Positions 29,525 through 41,362 of a DNA stretch of 64,000 nt are shown here, one piece after another (the first letter of the stretch is position 1; every line of letters begins with the position of its first letter). Position numbers and translations under genes: made by a program. Below the pieces are notes generated by a model. It was not told the origin of the DNA, ran no database searches, and worked only from the letters and a program-made list of their open reading frames with translations. The DNA lies in sequence record NC_024794.1. One strand, 5' to 3'. Source of the stretch: Escherichia phage vB_EcoM_PhAPEC2.

Positions 29525-30516
29525 TATTGAACCTTATTAATATAAGTTAACAGCTCTTTAGTTTGTTCCCAACTGATGCACGCATCGGTAATGGAAACGC
29601 CATAGGACATATTATCAGAAATTTTTTGATTTCCTTCATGTAGGAATGATTCTATCATAATTCCTTTGACCAAATCATTAGCTGCTAAATTTTTACCAAT
29701 ACCAATTTGATTGCTATAATGCCCATCAGCGTTTGCATGGCTACAGTCAACCATTACATAATGATTCAGACCTACTGCCCTTGCTTTGTTAGAAGCTTCT
29801 TGAATATCAGAAGAATGATAGTTCGGGCCGTTGGTCCCGCCACGCAATACGATATGCGTATTCTGATTACCTTCAGCTTCAACAATGCCTACAGTACCAT
29901 CGACGTCCATACCCATATACCGATGAGGCCAGGCGGCACTATACATCGCGTCTGTAGCTACTTTAATAGAACCATTGGTTGCGTTCTTGAAGCCTACGCA
30001 CATCGGTAGACCTGAAGCAATTTCACGATGTGTCTGACTTTCAGTCGTACGGGCGCCAATAGCAACCCATGAGAAAATACCAGAAAGATACTTAATCGTG
30101 AATGGGTCTAATACTTCAGTTGCTAATGGAAGTCCCATACGTAGAAGTTTACGACACAATGTTCGTGCAACTATAAGACCGTGGTTCATATCAAAACTTC
30201 CGTCAAGATATGGATCATTTACAAGACCTTTCCAACCTACGGTAGTTCGAGGCTTTTCAAAATAAACGCGCATCACTAACAGAACATTAGGAAGACGAGT
30301 TTGAAGTTCAGCCAGACGTTTGCCGTATTCAACAGCAGCAATAGGGTCATGAATTGAACAAGGACCTACAACAATAAGTTTGCGTGGGTCTTCACCATTC
30401 ATAATCGAATTAACTTGTTCGCGATGAGAAGCCACTTGTGATGCGTAAGCTTCCGACAAAGGAATAATCTCAGCCAGTTCTTTTGGAGAAATAAGTTTTC
30501 CGACGACAGGTAACAT
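29524..30516 (-). CDS. 3-deoxy-D-arabino-heptulosonate 7-phosphate (DAHP) synthase, class I (AroG/AroF/AroH-like)
   Basis: 330 aa; motifs VVGPCSIHDP, VMRVYFEKPRTTVGWKGL, GARTTESQ, GFKN, ILRGG, DCSHAN, ESFLHEGNQ, SITDAC align with E. coli AroG catalytic and metal-binding residues (from memory); start overlaps cd stop. Confidence 0.85.
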   Translation of the reverse strand: MLPVVGKLISPKELAEIIPLSEAYASQVASHREQVNSIMNGEDPRKLIVVGPCSIHDPIAAVEYGKRLAELQTRLPNVLLVMRVYFEKPRTTVGWKGLVNDPYLDGSFDMNHGLIVARTLCRKLLRMGLPLATEVLDPFTIKYLSGIFSWVAIGARTTESQTHREIASGLPMCVGFKNATNGSIKVATDAMYSAAWPHRYMGMDVDGTVGIVEAEGNQNTHIVLRGGTNGPNYHSSDIQEASNKARAVGLNHYVMVDCSHANADGHYSNQIGIGKNLAANDLVKGIMIESFLHEGNQKISDNMSYGVSITDACISWEQTKELLTYINKVQ

Positions 30517-30636
30517 AACAATCCTTAGGAGATATAAACAGATTCTGATTCAACAATACCTTTAACCGGATTAGACAGGCTAAGTTGGTAGTGCTCAGAT
30601 TTATGACCATTCTCGATAGTAATTAGATAGCTCTCA

Positions 30637-30873
30637 TTATAGTGTTCCATATACTCGAGTTGCTTCAACAAGACCATCACTGCCTAATTTAAGATTAGTA
30701 ATTTGGTCACCATCTTTAGGATTAACGATTATGAGAAAAGAACGTGGAGATTCTTGAATAACTCGTAATGTTGCATCCTGGAAACGTTCAGATACTTTAT
30801 TAATCAAAGTCTGAGCGAACTCTTTTACTTTAACATGAAATTCTTGAAGCGTGATAGGTTTTTCACTTAACAT
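30637..30873 (-). CDS. Hypothetical protein (78 aa)
   Basis: ORF in cd-pseT intergenic cluster. Confidence 0.4.
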   Translation of the reverse strand: MLSEKPITLQEFHVKVKEFAQTLINKVSERFQDATLRVIQESPRSFLIIVNPKDGDQITNLKLGSDGLVEATRVYGTL

Positions 30874-30934
30874 TCTGTTTTCCTCATTGTGTTGGTAGAG
30901 TCATAGTATCACAACTCCACCATGTTGTAAACCA

Positions 30935-31210
30935 TTAAATTGCTTTGCATTCAATTTTTTGTGTACCGAAATTGATATCACATTGGATAACTAAATCGCC
31001 GTCAAGATCAAATACCACGATGACGTGTGCAGACCCAGGGAGAAGAGTAATAGCAATAGAGTCTACTTGGCCTGGGAGCAAAGCATTGAGTACATGAGTT
31101 ACTTGAGCATGAACTCTGAGTTCGGCCGCATTATCAAGCACTTCAAACATATTATTAGCAATAATCTGACTGAAGACTACCTTTACAATTTCAGAATAAG
31201 TTGGGAACAT
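30935..31210 (-). CDS. Hypothetical protein (91 aa)
   Basis: ORF in cd-pseT cluster. Confidence 0.4.
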   Translation of the reverse strand: MFPTYSEIVKVVFSQIIANNMFEVLDNAAELRVHAQVTHVLNALLPGQVDSIAITLLPGSAHVIVVFDLDGDLVIQCDINFGTQKIECKAI

Positions 31211-31217
31211 AATTACC

Positions 31218-31442
31218 TCAGTGCACAGTATTTACTTTAACTCGAACAACAAATCGCTCGGTCGGTTCACCTACAGGAACAAACTCTACATGATATTCAC
31301 CTTTGTAACGAGTATTCAGATCATTACGAATTTCGGTAAGCTTGTTGATTAATGTAGAACTCATATTAAGTCCCACTAGTTTACGAAGCATTTTGTATGC
31401 TTCATCTTCGATTTCATGATGTTTATCGTACATAGTTTTCAT
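31218..31442 (-). CDS. Hypothetical protein (74 aa)
   Basis: ORF in cd-pseT cluster. Confidence 0.4.
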   Translation of the reverse strand: MKTMYDKHHEIEDEAYKMLRKLVGLNMSSTLINKLTEIRNDLNTRYKGEYHVEFVPVGEPTERFVVRVKVNTVH

Positions 31443-31613
31443 TTAACCATTCAATTGCCTGGTCAACGTTATCAAATATACCGCCGTCCAAACGTTCTTC
31501 ATGCTCATAGTCCAGCACATCAATACCGAACTGTCCATTTACTAAAGGCCAGGCTACAAACAAATATTCTTTATGCTGTTCGATGGCCTCAATCACTTCA
31601 TATAATCGTTTCA

Positions 31614-31614
<1 letters not shown>
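31423..31614 (-). CDS. Hypothetical protein (63 aa)
   Basis: ORF whose start overlaps pseT stop. Confidence 0.4.
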
Positions 31615-32700
<1,086 letters not shown>

Positions 32701-32701
<1 letters not shown>

Positions 32702-33000
32702 TATTTTATTCCTAAGAAAGTTTCAAGAATACGAATGTTATGCTCGCGCCGGTCTTTATTAATTTCAGCAACGTTTTTATTAATTGACGTACTTCTAACG
32801 TTTGAAGAAATAAATTTAATCATATGACTTTTGAGTTGTTGCAAATCCAACCCTTTTTCTTTAGCAGCTTTACGAAGAGCTTTACCTGCTTCATCTAGTG
32901 CCTTTGCTGCATCTTTATCATAATTGCCAAGTGACATTCCACGGCAGATATCAATATACTCATCCGACCGTTTGATGTAATTCTCTAGTAATGTTTTCAT
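32701..33000 (-). CDS. Hypothetical protein (99 aa)
   Basis: ORF with GAGGAA SD; preceded by a TTTACA-N17-TATAAT early promoter. Confidence 0.5.
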
Positions 33001-33028
33001 TTAGATTTCCTCAATTATCCATAGGAGC

Positions 33029-33058
33029 ATTATACTCTGCTCCCGAGAGTTTGTAAAC
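33029..33058 (-). promoter_or_regulatory. Early promoter with stem-loop overlapping the -10 element (PeSL-like)
   Basis: Minus strand TTTACA-N17-TATAAT; the -10 is embedded in inverted repeat GGAGCA/TGCTCC; leader with GAGGAA SD. Confidence 0.6.
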
Positions 33059-33282
33059 TATTTTACTAAAGATTCAATATACTCATGAAGAGCTTTAGTC
33101 GCTACTGCCCACTTATTCTGATATTCATTTTTCAGATTAGCACGAGACTGAACTAACAAGCGGTCATTAGTAGGAGGCAAAGATTCTAATCGTTGAATCT
33201 GGCGCCCATAAATCATAGCCGCCATTTCAGATTCATAGATAAGCCCTTTAATATATTCATGTTGTTCTTTAGTCATTGGCAT
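33058..33282 (-). CDS. Hypothetical protein (74 aa)
   Basis: ORF downstream of the o-spanin gene. Confidence 0.4.
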   Translation of the reverse strand: MPMTKEQHEYIKGLIYESEMAAMIYGRQIQRLESLPPTNDRLLVQSRANLKNEYQNKWAVATKALHEYIESLVK

Positions 33283-33563
33283 TTTTCCTCTTTTAAACCA
33301 CTACGATAATAACATAACATAGTCTTCTGGTCATGTACATATCTTTTTACGTCGTTTAACCAGATACGAAATTCTTGAGAGTCTTCAAATGGCATTCCAA
33401 CCCATGGATTACCATCAATAACCTTTACTTGCCATTTCTGGTTATATTCAACAATAGATTCAGGCCATGACGGATGTAAAGTTTCTTTAGGGCTTAAGGG
33501 CACATCCTGGGCACATCCAGCCAAAATGCCAATAGATAATACAACTGCGGTTAATTTAATCAT
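33273..33563 (-). CDS. Outer-membrane spanin (o-spanin) lipoprotein, PseT.2-like
   Basis: 96 aa; signal peptide with lipobox LAGC; overlaps the i-spanin gene stop, the typical spanin pair arrangement. Confidence 0.65.
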   Translation of the reverse strand: MIKLTAVVLSIGILAGCAQDVPLSPKETLHPSWPESIVEYNQKWQVKVIDGNPWVGMPFEDSQEFRIWLNDVKRYVHDQKTMLCYYRSGLKEEKCQ

Positions 33564-33916
33564 TCTGAGAGCTTCCTGAGGTCTTCTGCAAAGGAATCGA
33601 AGGACTTGTTGATTTGTTTTTCGACCAATCCTGGTTTACTTGCCACCACGTTCTTCTTCTTCGAATCCTTACGGAGCTTTTCATTTTCGGCCTTAAGTTG
33701 GTCAACTAAAACACGGTTCTTATAAGTCATTTCTTCGATTGACCGATATTGAACCTTGAAGTCGTCTAATACTTTAGCATTGTTTTTAGCGGTCTCTTTG
33801 ACAGAAGCTAATTCAGTATTCAACGAATCAACTTTGTTGTTTAAGACAACTATTGTTACCGTAGAAACTAGAGCAAAAGCTGCTACTATAGCATAAATCG
33901 GATTTACTTTAAGCAT
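33560..33916 (-). CDS. Inner-membrane spanin (i-spanin), PseT.3-like
   Basis: 118 aa; N-terminal TM helix IYAIVAAFALVSTVTIVVL then a charged coiled-coil-like periplasmic domain. Confidence 0.65.
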   Translation of the reverse strand: MLKVNPIYAIVAAFALVSTVTIVVLNNKVDSLNTELASVKETAKNNAKVLDDFKVQYRSIEEMTYKNRVLVDQLKAENEKLRKDSKKKNVVASKPGLVEKQINKSFDSFAEDLRKLSE

Positions 33917-34404
33917 GTTTTAATAATCTCAATGATTTCATCTCGGGATAATCCATTGATAAGAACGGTTTTCAAACCATCACACTGGATTTTGTACGAT
34001 TCAAACAATACACACAACTCTTCTGCTGTATGATACGGACTTGAAATTCCGAGGCGGTTGAATTTGTCGGTAAGAGGGTCGCAAATAATGTAGAATTTTA
34101 TACCTGCGATATGTACGTTTGGTTGACTAATATTAATGAACACATTAGCGTCATATTTAGTCAAATTGTTTTGAAGAAATTCTACCATGGCATTAACTGC
34201 TTCCGGCATTGCTTCACGTTTCTCTTCAGCGTATCGGGTGGAATACTCTTTTTGTTTTACTTTCTTTTTAAGATTTTTGGCCAGTGTAACACGTAGGTCA
34301 GTAAGATAACCAACTGGACGTCCTTTCTTAAAGACCCGGATTCCGTCAGTTGTATCTCCAAAAGCGGTTACGACCATATCGTTAGTAATCAATTGCATAT
34401 TCAT
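33904..34404 (-). CDS. alc: Alc, inhibitor of host transcription
   Basis: Start placed at internal Met with GAGGAG SD 6 nt upstream, giving 166 aa (T4 Alc 167 aa). Confidence 0.75.
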   Translation of the reverse strand: MNMQLITNDMVVTAFGDTTDGIRVFKKGRPVGYLTDLRVTLAKNLKKKVKQKEYSTRYAEEKREAMPEAVNAMVEFLQNNLTKYDANVFINISQPNVHIAGIKFYIICDPLTDKFNRLGISSPYHTAEELCVLFESYKIQCDGLKTVLINGLSRDEIIEIIKTCLK

Positions 34405-34466
34405 AATTTTCTCCTCGTGTTGTTGATAAAAGCCATAGTAGCACCTTCCTTGGTGTTTGTAAACCA

Positions 34467-35600
<1,134 letters not shown>

Positions 35601-35647
35601 TCAGTTAGTTTTTTTTAAATTGTACCACAATCCTTGTGGTGTGTAAA

Positions 35648-36058
35648 CTACTTTTTCTTATGTTGGATATTCCAAGGCGGGTTGAACTTTTTGATAAAAA
35701 GCGGTTCTTCAAGGTCCATTGTTGCGATGGTCATTGAACCAAGTTCGTTGGTGACTGAAAGGTCAAAACATTGGCGGGCCCAGAATTCAACCTTTTTTCC
35801 TTGCATTAAGGCATCCAAAATCATAAGTGATTTTCTTGAATCTGAAGTCTGGTCTTTTCGATTTATGGCTGTTCGATAATAGTTAATGCGTTTCTTTAAA
35901 TTCTTGGTTTTACCAATATACACAAGTTCGTCATCTATAGCAATAGCGTATATGACATTTTTCTTATTAGGGACATCAACTGTTTTAATTGTTGCATCTT
36001 CTAATAGCTCCAATTCTGTATATTTAATAAAGGAATATTCGGCGGCAATATCTTTCAT
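35648..36058 (-). CDS. denA: Endonuclease II (GIY-YIG family)
   Basis: 136 aa, same as T4 EndoII; GIY-YIG-like VIYAIAIDDELVYIGKTKNLKKRINYY. Confidence 0.8.
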   Translation of the reverse strand: MKDIAAEYSFIKYTELELLEDATIKTVDVPNKKNVIYAIAIDDELVYIGKTKNLKKRINYYRTAINRKDQTSDSRKSLMILDALMQGKKVEFWARQCFDLSVTNELGSMTIATMDLEEPLFIKKFNPPWNIQHKKK

Positions 36059-36066
36059 AATAAAGT

Positions 36067-36080
36067 GGGACCGAAGTCCC
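36067..36080 (-). other. Intercistronic tetraloop hairpin between nrdB stop and denA start
   Basis: GGGAC-CGAA-GTCCC (UUCG on minus) 9 nt upstream of denA ATG; no clear U-tract. Confidence 0.5.
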
Positions 36081-36084
36081 GTCC

Positions 36085-37263
36085 TTAGAAATATTTTTTG
36101 TATGAATTGATTACATTTTGGTCTACATCATTATCAATTTGTGCGACAAGATAAGAACTGATTTCAACTTCCTGAGGAGCTGCTTGAACTAAATCAGAGT
36201 TCAGATATTCACGAATCCAAGGATACGGATGCTTGGTCGGAGCATCAGTGATTGGGCATGGCAAACCACACTGTTTCATACGAGACACAGTCAAGTAATC
36301 AACAAAAGCACACATACTCTGTGTATTGATACCCGGACATGTACCGTCTTTAAAGAGGTGTGCAGCCCATTCCTTCTCTTGTCTATTTACTTCCATAAAA
36401 ATGTCAACTGCTTCTTGTTCACATTCTTTAGCAATTTGAACCCACTCATCACCATCGGTACCGGACTGAAGTTGACGGATAATGTACTGAGTACCCTTGA
36501 GGTGGAGTTGTTCGTCACGAGCGATGAACTTCATAATCTTTGCATTACCTTCCATGATTTCCATGTTCTTATGGAAGTTGAAAGTACATGCAAAAGATAC
36601 ATAAAAACGAATAGCTTCTAAGGCGTTAATAACGTGTAAGCAGAGATAAAGAGACTTCATTAATGCACGTTTACATTCTTCCAAATGCATAAGACTATTT
36701 GAATATGCATCCAAATCATATTCATTTTCGGAAAAACATTTAAAAATTTCTTTAGCATTTTCCCATTCACGTGTTTTAACTAGAACATCATCATAATATT
36801 TGCCGATTGATTCCGCACGTTTCATAATTGCTTCATCTAATACAATCTCATCAAATACCTTCGATGGATCAGTATAAAGATTTCGCATAATATGAGTATA
36901 TGAACGAGAGTGAATAGTTTCACTGAATGTCCATGTAGCAACCCATGTATCTAATGAAGGGTCAGAAATCAGTGCCATAAGTACCGCAGATGGGGCCCTG
37001 CCTTGGATAGAATCTAATAATGATTGATACTTAAGGTTGTTTGTAAAGATGTCCTGTTGGAACTGAGGAAGCTTATTGAACTGCGCAGAGTCCAACATCA
37101 AGTTTACCTCTTCAGGGCGCCAGAAAAATGACAATTGCTTTTCGGTCAAATCTTCAAAAACTTTATGGCGTTGAATATCATAACGCGCAATACCAAGACC
37201 TGAACCAAAAAACATAGGTTCTTTTAAAACATCGACTTGTTGTGTGTTAAAAACGGTACTCAT
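36085..37263 (-). CDS. nrdB: Ribonucleotide reductase small subunit (uninterrupted, no intron)
   Basis: 392 aa single ORF; di-iron ligand regions present; synteny nrdA-nrdB-denA. Confidence 0.9.
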   Translation of the reverse strand: MSTVFNTQQVDVLKEPMFFGSGLGIARYDIQRHKVFEDLTEKQLSFFWRPEEVNLMLDSAQFNKLPQFQQDIFTNNLKYQSLLDSIQGRAPSAVLMALISDPSLDTWVATWTFSETIHSRSYTHIMRNLYTDPSKVFDEIVLDEAIMKRAESIGKYYDDVLVKTREWENAKEIFKCFSENEYDLDAYSNSLMHLEECKRALMKSLYLCLHVINALEAIRFYVSFACTFNFHKNMEIMEGNAKIMKFIARDEQLHLKGTQYIIRQLQSGTDGDEWVQIAKECEQEAVDIFMEVNRQEKEWAAHLFKDGTCPGINTQSMCAFVDYLTVSRMKQCGLPCPITDAPTKHPYPWIREYLNSDLVQAAPQEVEISSYLVAQIDNDVDQNVINSYKKYF

Positions 37264-37317
37264 TATATTTTCTCACTTAGTTTTAACTCATCCATGAGTA
37301 AATTATAATCAAAAGTC

Positions 37318-39573
37318 TTAAAGCTTACAAGCAGAGCAATCTTCAGCTTTAGGTGTTTCTAATTCATAGTCATCTGTACCTGACCCATCACGAGTGTTAT
37401 GATAGTAGAGATTTTTTCCGCCAAAGTACCAGAAGTAAAGCAGATCGTCAAGCATTACTGACATTGGCACTTTACCTTTCTCAAAGACTGAAGGGTCGTA
37501 GTATGTATTAGCAGAAGCAGATTGGCACACCCATTTTAACATGATAACAACTTGTGTCAGATAAGGCTTATTACCTTTCTTAGCGAGTTTCCACGCATAG
37601 TCATAAAGACCCATGTTGTGTTCAATATTAGGAACTACTTGACGGAAATTACCTTCTTTAGATTCTTTAATACTTACTGGGCCACGAGGTGGTTCAATAC
37701 CATTTGTGCTATTTGAGACCTGGCTGCTTGATTCGCATGGCATGAGAGCACTGAGTGTACTGTTACGGATCCCGTGTTCTTTAAGTTCGGCTCGTAGTTC
37801 TTCCCAGTCACAGACATAGTTCGGGGCTGCGATTTGGTCAATCTTTTTATTGTACCAGTCGATAGGTAATTCGCCTCTAGACCATTTAGTGTCTGAATAA
37901 TACTCGCAACGTCCTTTTTCTTTGGCAAGTTTGATTGACGCTTTGATAAGGCCATATTGTAATCTCTCAAACAATTCATGAGTCAAATCGTTAGCATCTT
38001 CGTATGAAGCAAAGTTAGAAGCCAACCAGGCTGCATAGTTAGTAACACCAACACCTAGGTTTCGACGCTTTTTAGCTTTTAAAGCTTCTGGAACCGGATA
38101 GTCTTGATAGTCTAACAAGTTATCAAGTGCACGTACTTGCACTTCAGCAAGTTCATTAATTTTATCTTGGTCTTGCCAATCAAATTTATCAAGAACAAAA
38201 GCAGAAAGAGTGCATAAACCAATTTCAGCATCAGGACCATTCACATCATTAGTTGGAATAGCGATTTCACAACATAAGTTACTCTGACGAATTGGAGCTT
38301 TTTCACGAATAAATGGAGTGTAGTTATTCGTGTTATCAACAAACTGTGGATAAATTCGAGCAGTGCCAGAACGTTCAGTCATGAACAATTCAAAGAGTTC
38401 TAGTGCTTTGATTCTTTTCTTTCTGATTGTTGGGTCTTTTTCAGCTTTCTCATAAAGCTCACGGAATTTATCTTGATCTTCAAAGAATGAGTAATATAGT
38501 TCGCCTGACATTTCGTGAGGGCTAAATAAAGTAATATAATCATTTTTACCAAGGCGTTCCATCATAAGGTCATTAATCTGAATTCCGTAGTCCATATGTC
38601 GAATACGGTTTTCATCCACACCTTTGTTATTTTTCAGAACTAATAGGTTCTCTACTTCTAAGTGCCACATCGGATAATACGCTGTAGCAGCACCGCCGCG
38701 AATACCACCTTGAGAACAAGATTTTACTGCAGTTTGGAAATGTTTCCAGAATGGAATAACACCTGTATGTCGAACTTCACCCATACCGATCTTAGAACCT
38801 TCTGCACGAAGCATGCCAACGTTGATACCGATACCAGCTCGTTTAGAAATATATTCGATAATTGATGCTGAAGTTTTGTTAATAGATTTTAACGAATCAC
38901 CGGCTTCAATAACTACACAACTAGAGAACTGGCGAGTCGGAGTACGAGCACCTGCCATAATTGGAGTAGGCAATGAAACTTGATGAGTAGAAACGGCATC
39001 ATAAAAACGAATAATATGTTTCAAACGGTCACGAGTTTCGTCTTGATGTAAAGCCATACCAATAGCCATGATAGCAAACTGTGGAGTTTCATAAATCTTC
39101 CCAGTTGTTTTATCTTTAACTAGATATTTTTCTTTAAGCTGCATAGCACCAGCATAAGTCAGGTCAAAGTCTCGTTCGTGTTTAATCTGTGAATCGAGAT
39201 AAATGATTTCTTCTGCTGAATATTGAGACAACAACTCAGGGTCATATTTGCCTTCATTAACACAATAAGAAATATGGTCGATAAAAGCAGGAGGTTCAAA
39301 CTGACCATACACATCTTTACGAAGTGCAAACATTAGCCCTTTGGCGGCGACATACTGATAATCAGGTTCTTCGACAGAAATCGAGTTAGCTGCAACTTTA
39401 ATACAAATCTTCTGGATATCTTTGGTGCTCATCCCATCGACAAGATGGGTCTTAATTTCTTCGTACAATTCATATGGGTCAATTTGTGTTCCTTCACATT
39501 GCCAAGTTAAGACTTGAATAATTTTCTGTGCATCAAAATTTTGGGATACACCACTGCTCTTAGTTACTTGCAT
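37318..39573 (-). CDS. nrdA: Ribonucleotide reductase large subunit
   Basis: 751 aa; class Ia RNR active-site regions and C-terminal Cys pair (CSACKL). Confidence 0.9.
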   Translation of the reverse strand: MQVTKSSGVSQNFDAQKIIQVLTWQCEGTQIDPYELYEEIKTHLVDGMSTKDIQKICIKVAANSISVEEPDYQYVAAKGLMFALRKDVYGQFEPPAFIDHISYCVNEGKYDPELLSQYSAEEIIYLDSQIKHERDFDLTYAGAMQLKEKYLVKDKTTGKIYETPQFAIMAIGMALHQDETRDRLKHIIRFYDAVSTHQVSLPTPIMAGARTPTRQFSSCVVIEAGDSLKSINKTSASIIEYISKRAGIGINVGMLRAEGSKIGMGEVRHTGVIPFWKHFQTAVKSCSQGGIRGGAATAYYPMWHLEVENLLVLKNNKGVDENRIRHMDYGIQINDLMMERLGKNDYITLFSPHEMSGELYYSFFEDQDKFRELYEKAEKDPTIRKKRIKALELFELFMTERSGTARIYPQFVDNTNNYTPFIREKAPIRQSNLCCEIAIPTNDVNGPDAEIGLCTLSAFVLDKFDWQDQDKINELAEVQVRALDNLLDYQDYPVPEALKAKKRRNLGVGVTNYAAWLASNFASYEDANDLTHELFERLQYGLIKASIKLAKEKGRCEYYSDTKWSRGELPIDWYNKKIDQIAAPNYVCDWEELRAELKEHGIRNSTLSALMPCESSSQVSNSTNGIEPPRGPVSIKESKEGNFRQVVPNIEHNMGLYDYAWKLAKKGNKPYLTQVVIMLKWVCQSASANTYYDPSVFEKGKVPMSVMLDDLLYFWYFGGKNLYYHNTRDGSGTDDYELETPKAEDCSACKL

Positions 39574-39660
39574 ATATTCCTCAGTATAGGTTGATAGACA
39601 TTACTCCAAACGGGATAGTATTTATCCCGTTAATTTATTATACACTTTTAAACTGAAGCG

Positions 39661-39915
39661 TTAATTATTCTTAGCAATAATTTCTTTATATTCTTTAGGA
39701 GTCAAGACCGTGATATCGAAATAAACTAATGGTTCTTTTTCTATACCGAATCCGCCACAGAATTCACGATATTCATAAATTCGTTCATGTGAATAACAAA
39801 TGAATCGTTCACCTTTAACTGTGATTTCACTATTCGGTGAAGGGATATCTAGTTCGGTAGGATTTTTCATTTCAAAAATTGTGGTGCCATATGAATTAAT
39901 AAAACGTAAAATCAT
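39661..39915 (-). CDS. Hypothetical protein (84 aa)
   Basis: ORF between td and nrdA. Confidence 0.45.
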   Translation of the reverse strand: MILRFINSYGTTIFEMKNPTELDIPSPNSEITVKGERFICYSHERIYEYREFCGGFGIEKEPLVYFDITVLTPKEYKEIIAKNN

Positions 39916-40776
39916 TTATACCGCCATTTTAGCTTTGATAGTTGGATGAGATTCGTAATTTTTAAGAACGAAATCAGAATGTGTCATCGTTCCAGTAACC
40001 CAGTCCATTTGGATTTTTGTAGGCCAATTCTCAAAATTACTAGGCCAATTAATTTCAAGAGAACACAACTCTTTAGGTTCACGACGAAGAACTTCTTTGC
40101 ATTGTTCTACATGATTGCTGTAGATATGCGTGTTGCCGCCTGAGAACACTAAATCACCCGGGATAAGGTTACACATCTTCGCTACAATATGCGTCAAGGC
40201 AGCGTACGAGGCAATGTTGAACGGCAGGCCCAAGAAAACATCTACACTGCGTTGATACCATTGTAAATCAAGATGCCCATTACGCACATTAAATTGATAG
40301 AACATATGGCAAGGAGGAAGAGCCATTTGGTCAATTTCGGCAGGGTTCCATGCAGAAACAATTTGACGACGATCATTAGGAAGAGCTTTAATGCGGTCGA
40401 TAGTTTTGACCAATTGGTCTACACCGCCAAAATCACGCCATTGCTTACCATAAATAGGACCAAGTTCACCACTATGATATCCAAGGTCTTTGGCCTGATT
40501 TTCATAGTTGTCGTCCCAAATAGTTTTACCTTCAATTAGACTACCATGAGTACGAATACGCAAATCATTAACATTGGTAGAACCAGACATGAACCACAGT
40601 AACTCGGCAATACAAGCTTTCCATGCTAATTTCTTAGTTGTTACCGCAGGGAATCCTTTAGTCAGATCCCAACGTAATTTAGTTCCGAACAGGGCAATAG
40701 TGCCGGTACCTGTACGGTCGTCTGTTTCATAACCATTTTCTAGGATATCATTAATCAGGTATTGGTATTGTTTCAT
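39916..40776 (-). CDS. td: Thymidylate synthase (uninterrupted, no intron)
   Basis: 286 aa, same as T4 TS; active-site region MALPPCH present; single continuous ORF. Confidence 0.9.
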   Translation of the reverse strand: MKQYQYLINDILENGYETDDRTGTGTIALFGTKLRWDLTKGFPAVTTKKLAWKACIAELLWFMSGSTNVNDLRIRTHGSLIEGKTIWDDNYENQAKDLGYHSGELGPIYGKQWRDFGGVDQLVKTIDRIKALPNDRRQIVSAWNPAEIDQMALPPCHMFYQFNVRNGHLDLQWYQRSVDVFLGLPFNIASYAALTHIVAKMCNLIPGDLVFSGGNTHIYSNHVEQCKEVLRREPKELCSLEINWPSNFENWPTKIQMDWVTGTMTHSDFVLKNYESHPTIKAKMAV

Positions 40777-41360
40777 TTATATACACTCTCAGTAATTTCG
40801 GTGAGTTCATCGATTCTGTAGTAATGAGATTCTACCATAGAACGTTGAAGCATAATATCCTGGACGAAATCTTTATCAAGTTGAACATCGGAATTAACAC
40901 GACATTTCTTAATGATTTTAGTCATCACAATTTCATCGGCATAAGGCAGTGCTTGTTTTAATAAAGCAGGACCGCCGATAATAGATACATCAACATGTTC
41001 AGTAGAAAGTTTAAACGGTACATCAGTTGAAGGGCTAAACAGGTTAATTTCACCACCTGTTACCAAGGTAATAAATTCAGATTGGGTGATATAGAACCGT
41101 GCAAGTTCATCAGTTTTAGTCCTAGGCAGTTTTCTGGCCATATCAGTGACAACCACATGAGTACGATCTGGGAGTAGACGAGGTAATGATGCAAAAGTCT
41201 TAGCACCCATAACCATTACAGTGTTTTTAGTGCGAGCAACAAAGTTACTCATATCTTGTTTGATATGCTTCCATGGAAGTCCATCACCTAATCCAAAAGC
41301 ATATTCCAGTTTATCATCAACTGTTTTAGACGGTGCGCATGCGAATACTAATTTAAGCAT
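40773..41360 (-). CDS. frd: Dihydrofolate reductase
   Basis: 195 aa; start overlaps td region; T4 order frd-td conserved. Confidence 0.85.
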   Translation of the reverse strand: MLKLVFACAPSKTVDDKLEYAFGLGDGLPWKHIKQDMSNFVARTKNTVMVMGAKTFASLPRLLPDRTHVVVTDMARKLPRTKTDELARFYITQSEFITLVTGGEINLFSPSTDVPFKLSTEHVDVSIIGGPALLKQALPYADEIVMTKIIKKCRVNSDVQLDKDFVQDIMLQRSMVESHYYRIDELTEITESVYK

Positions 41361-41362
41361 TT

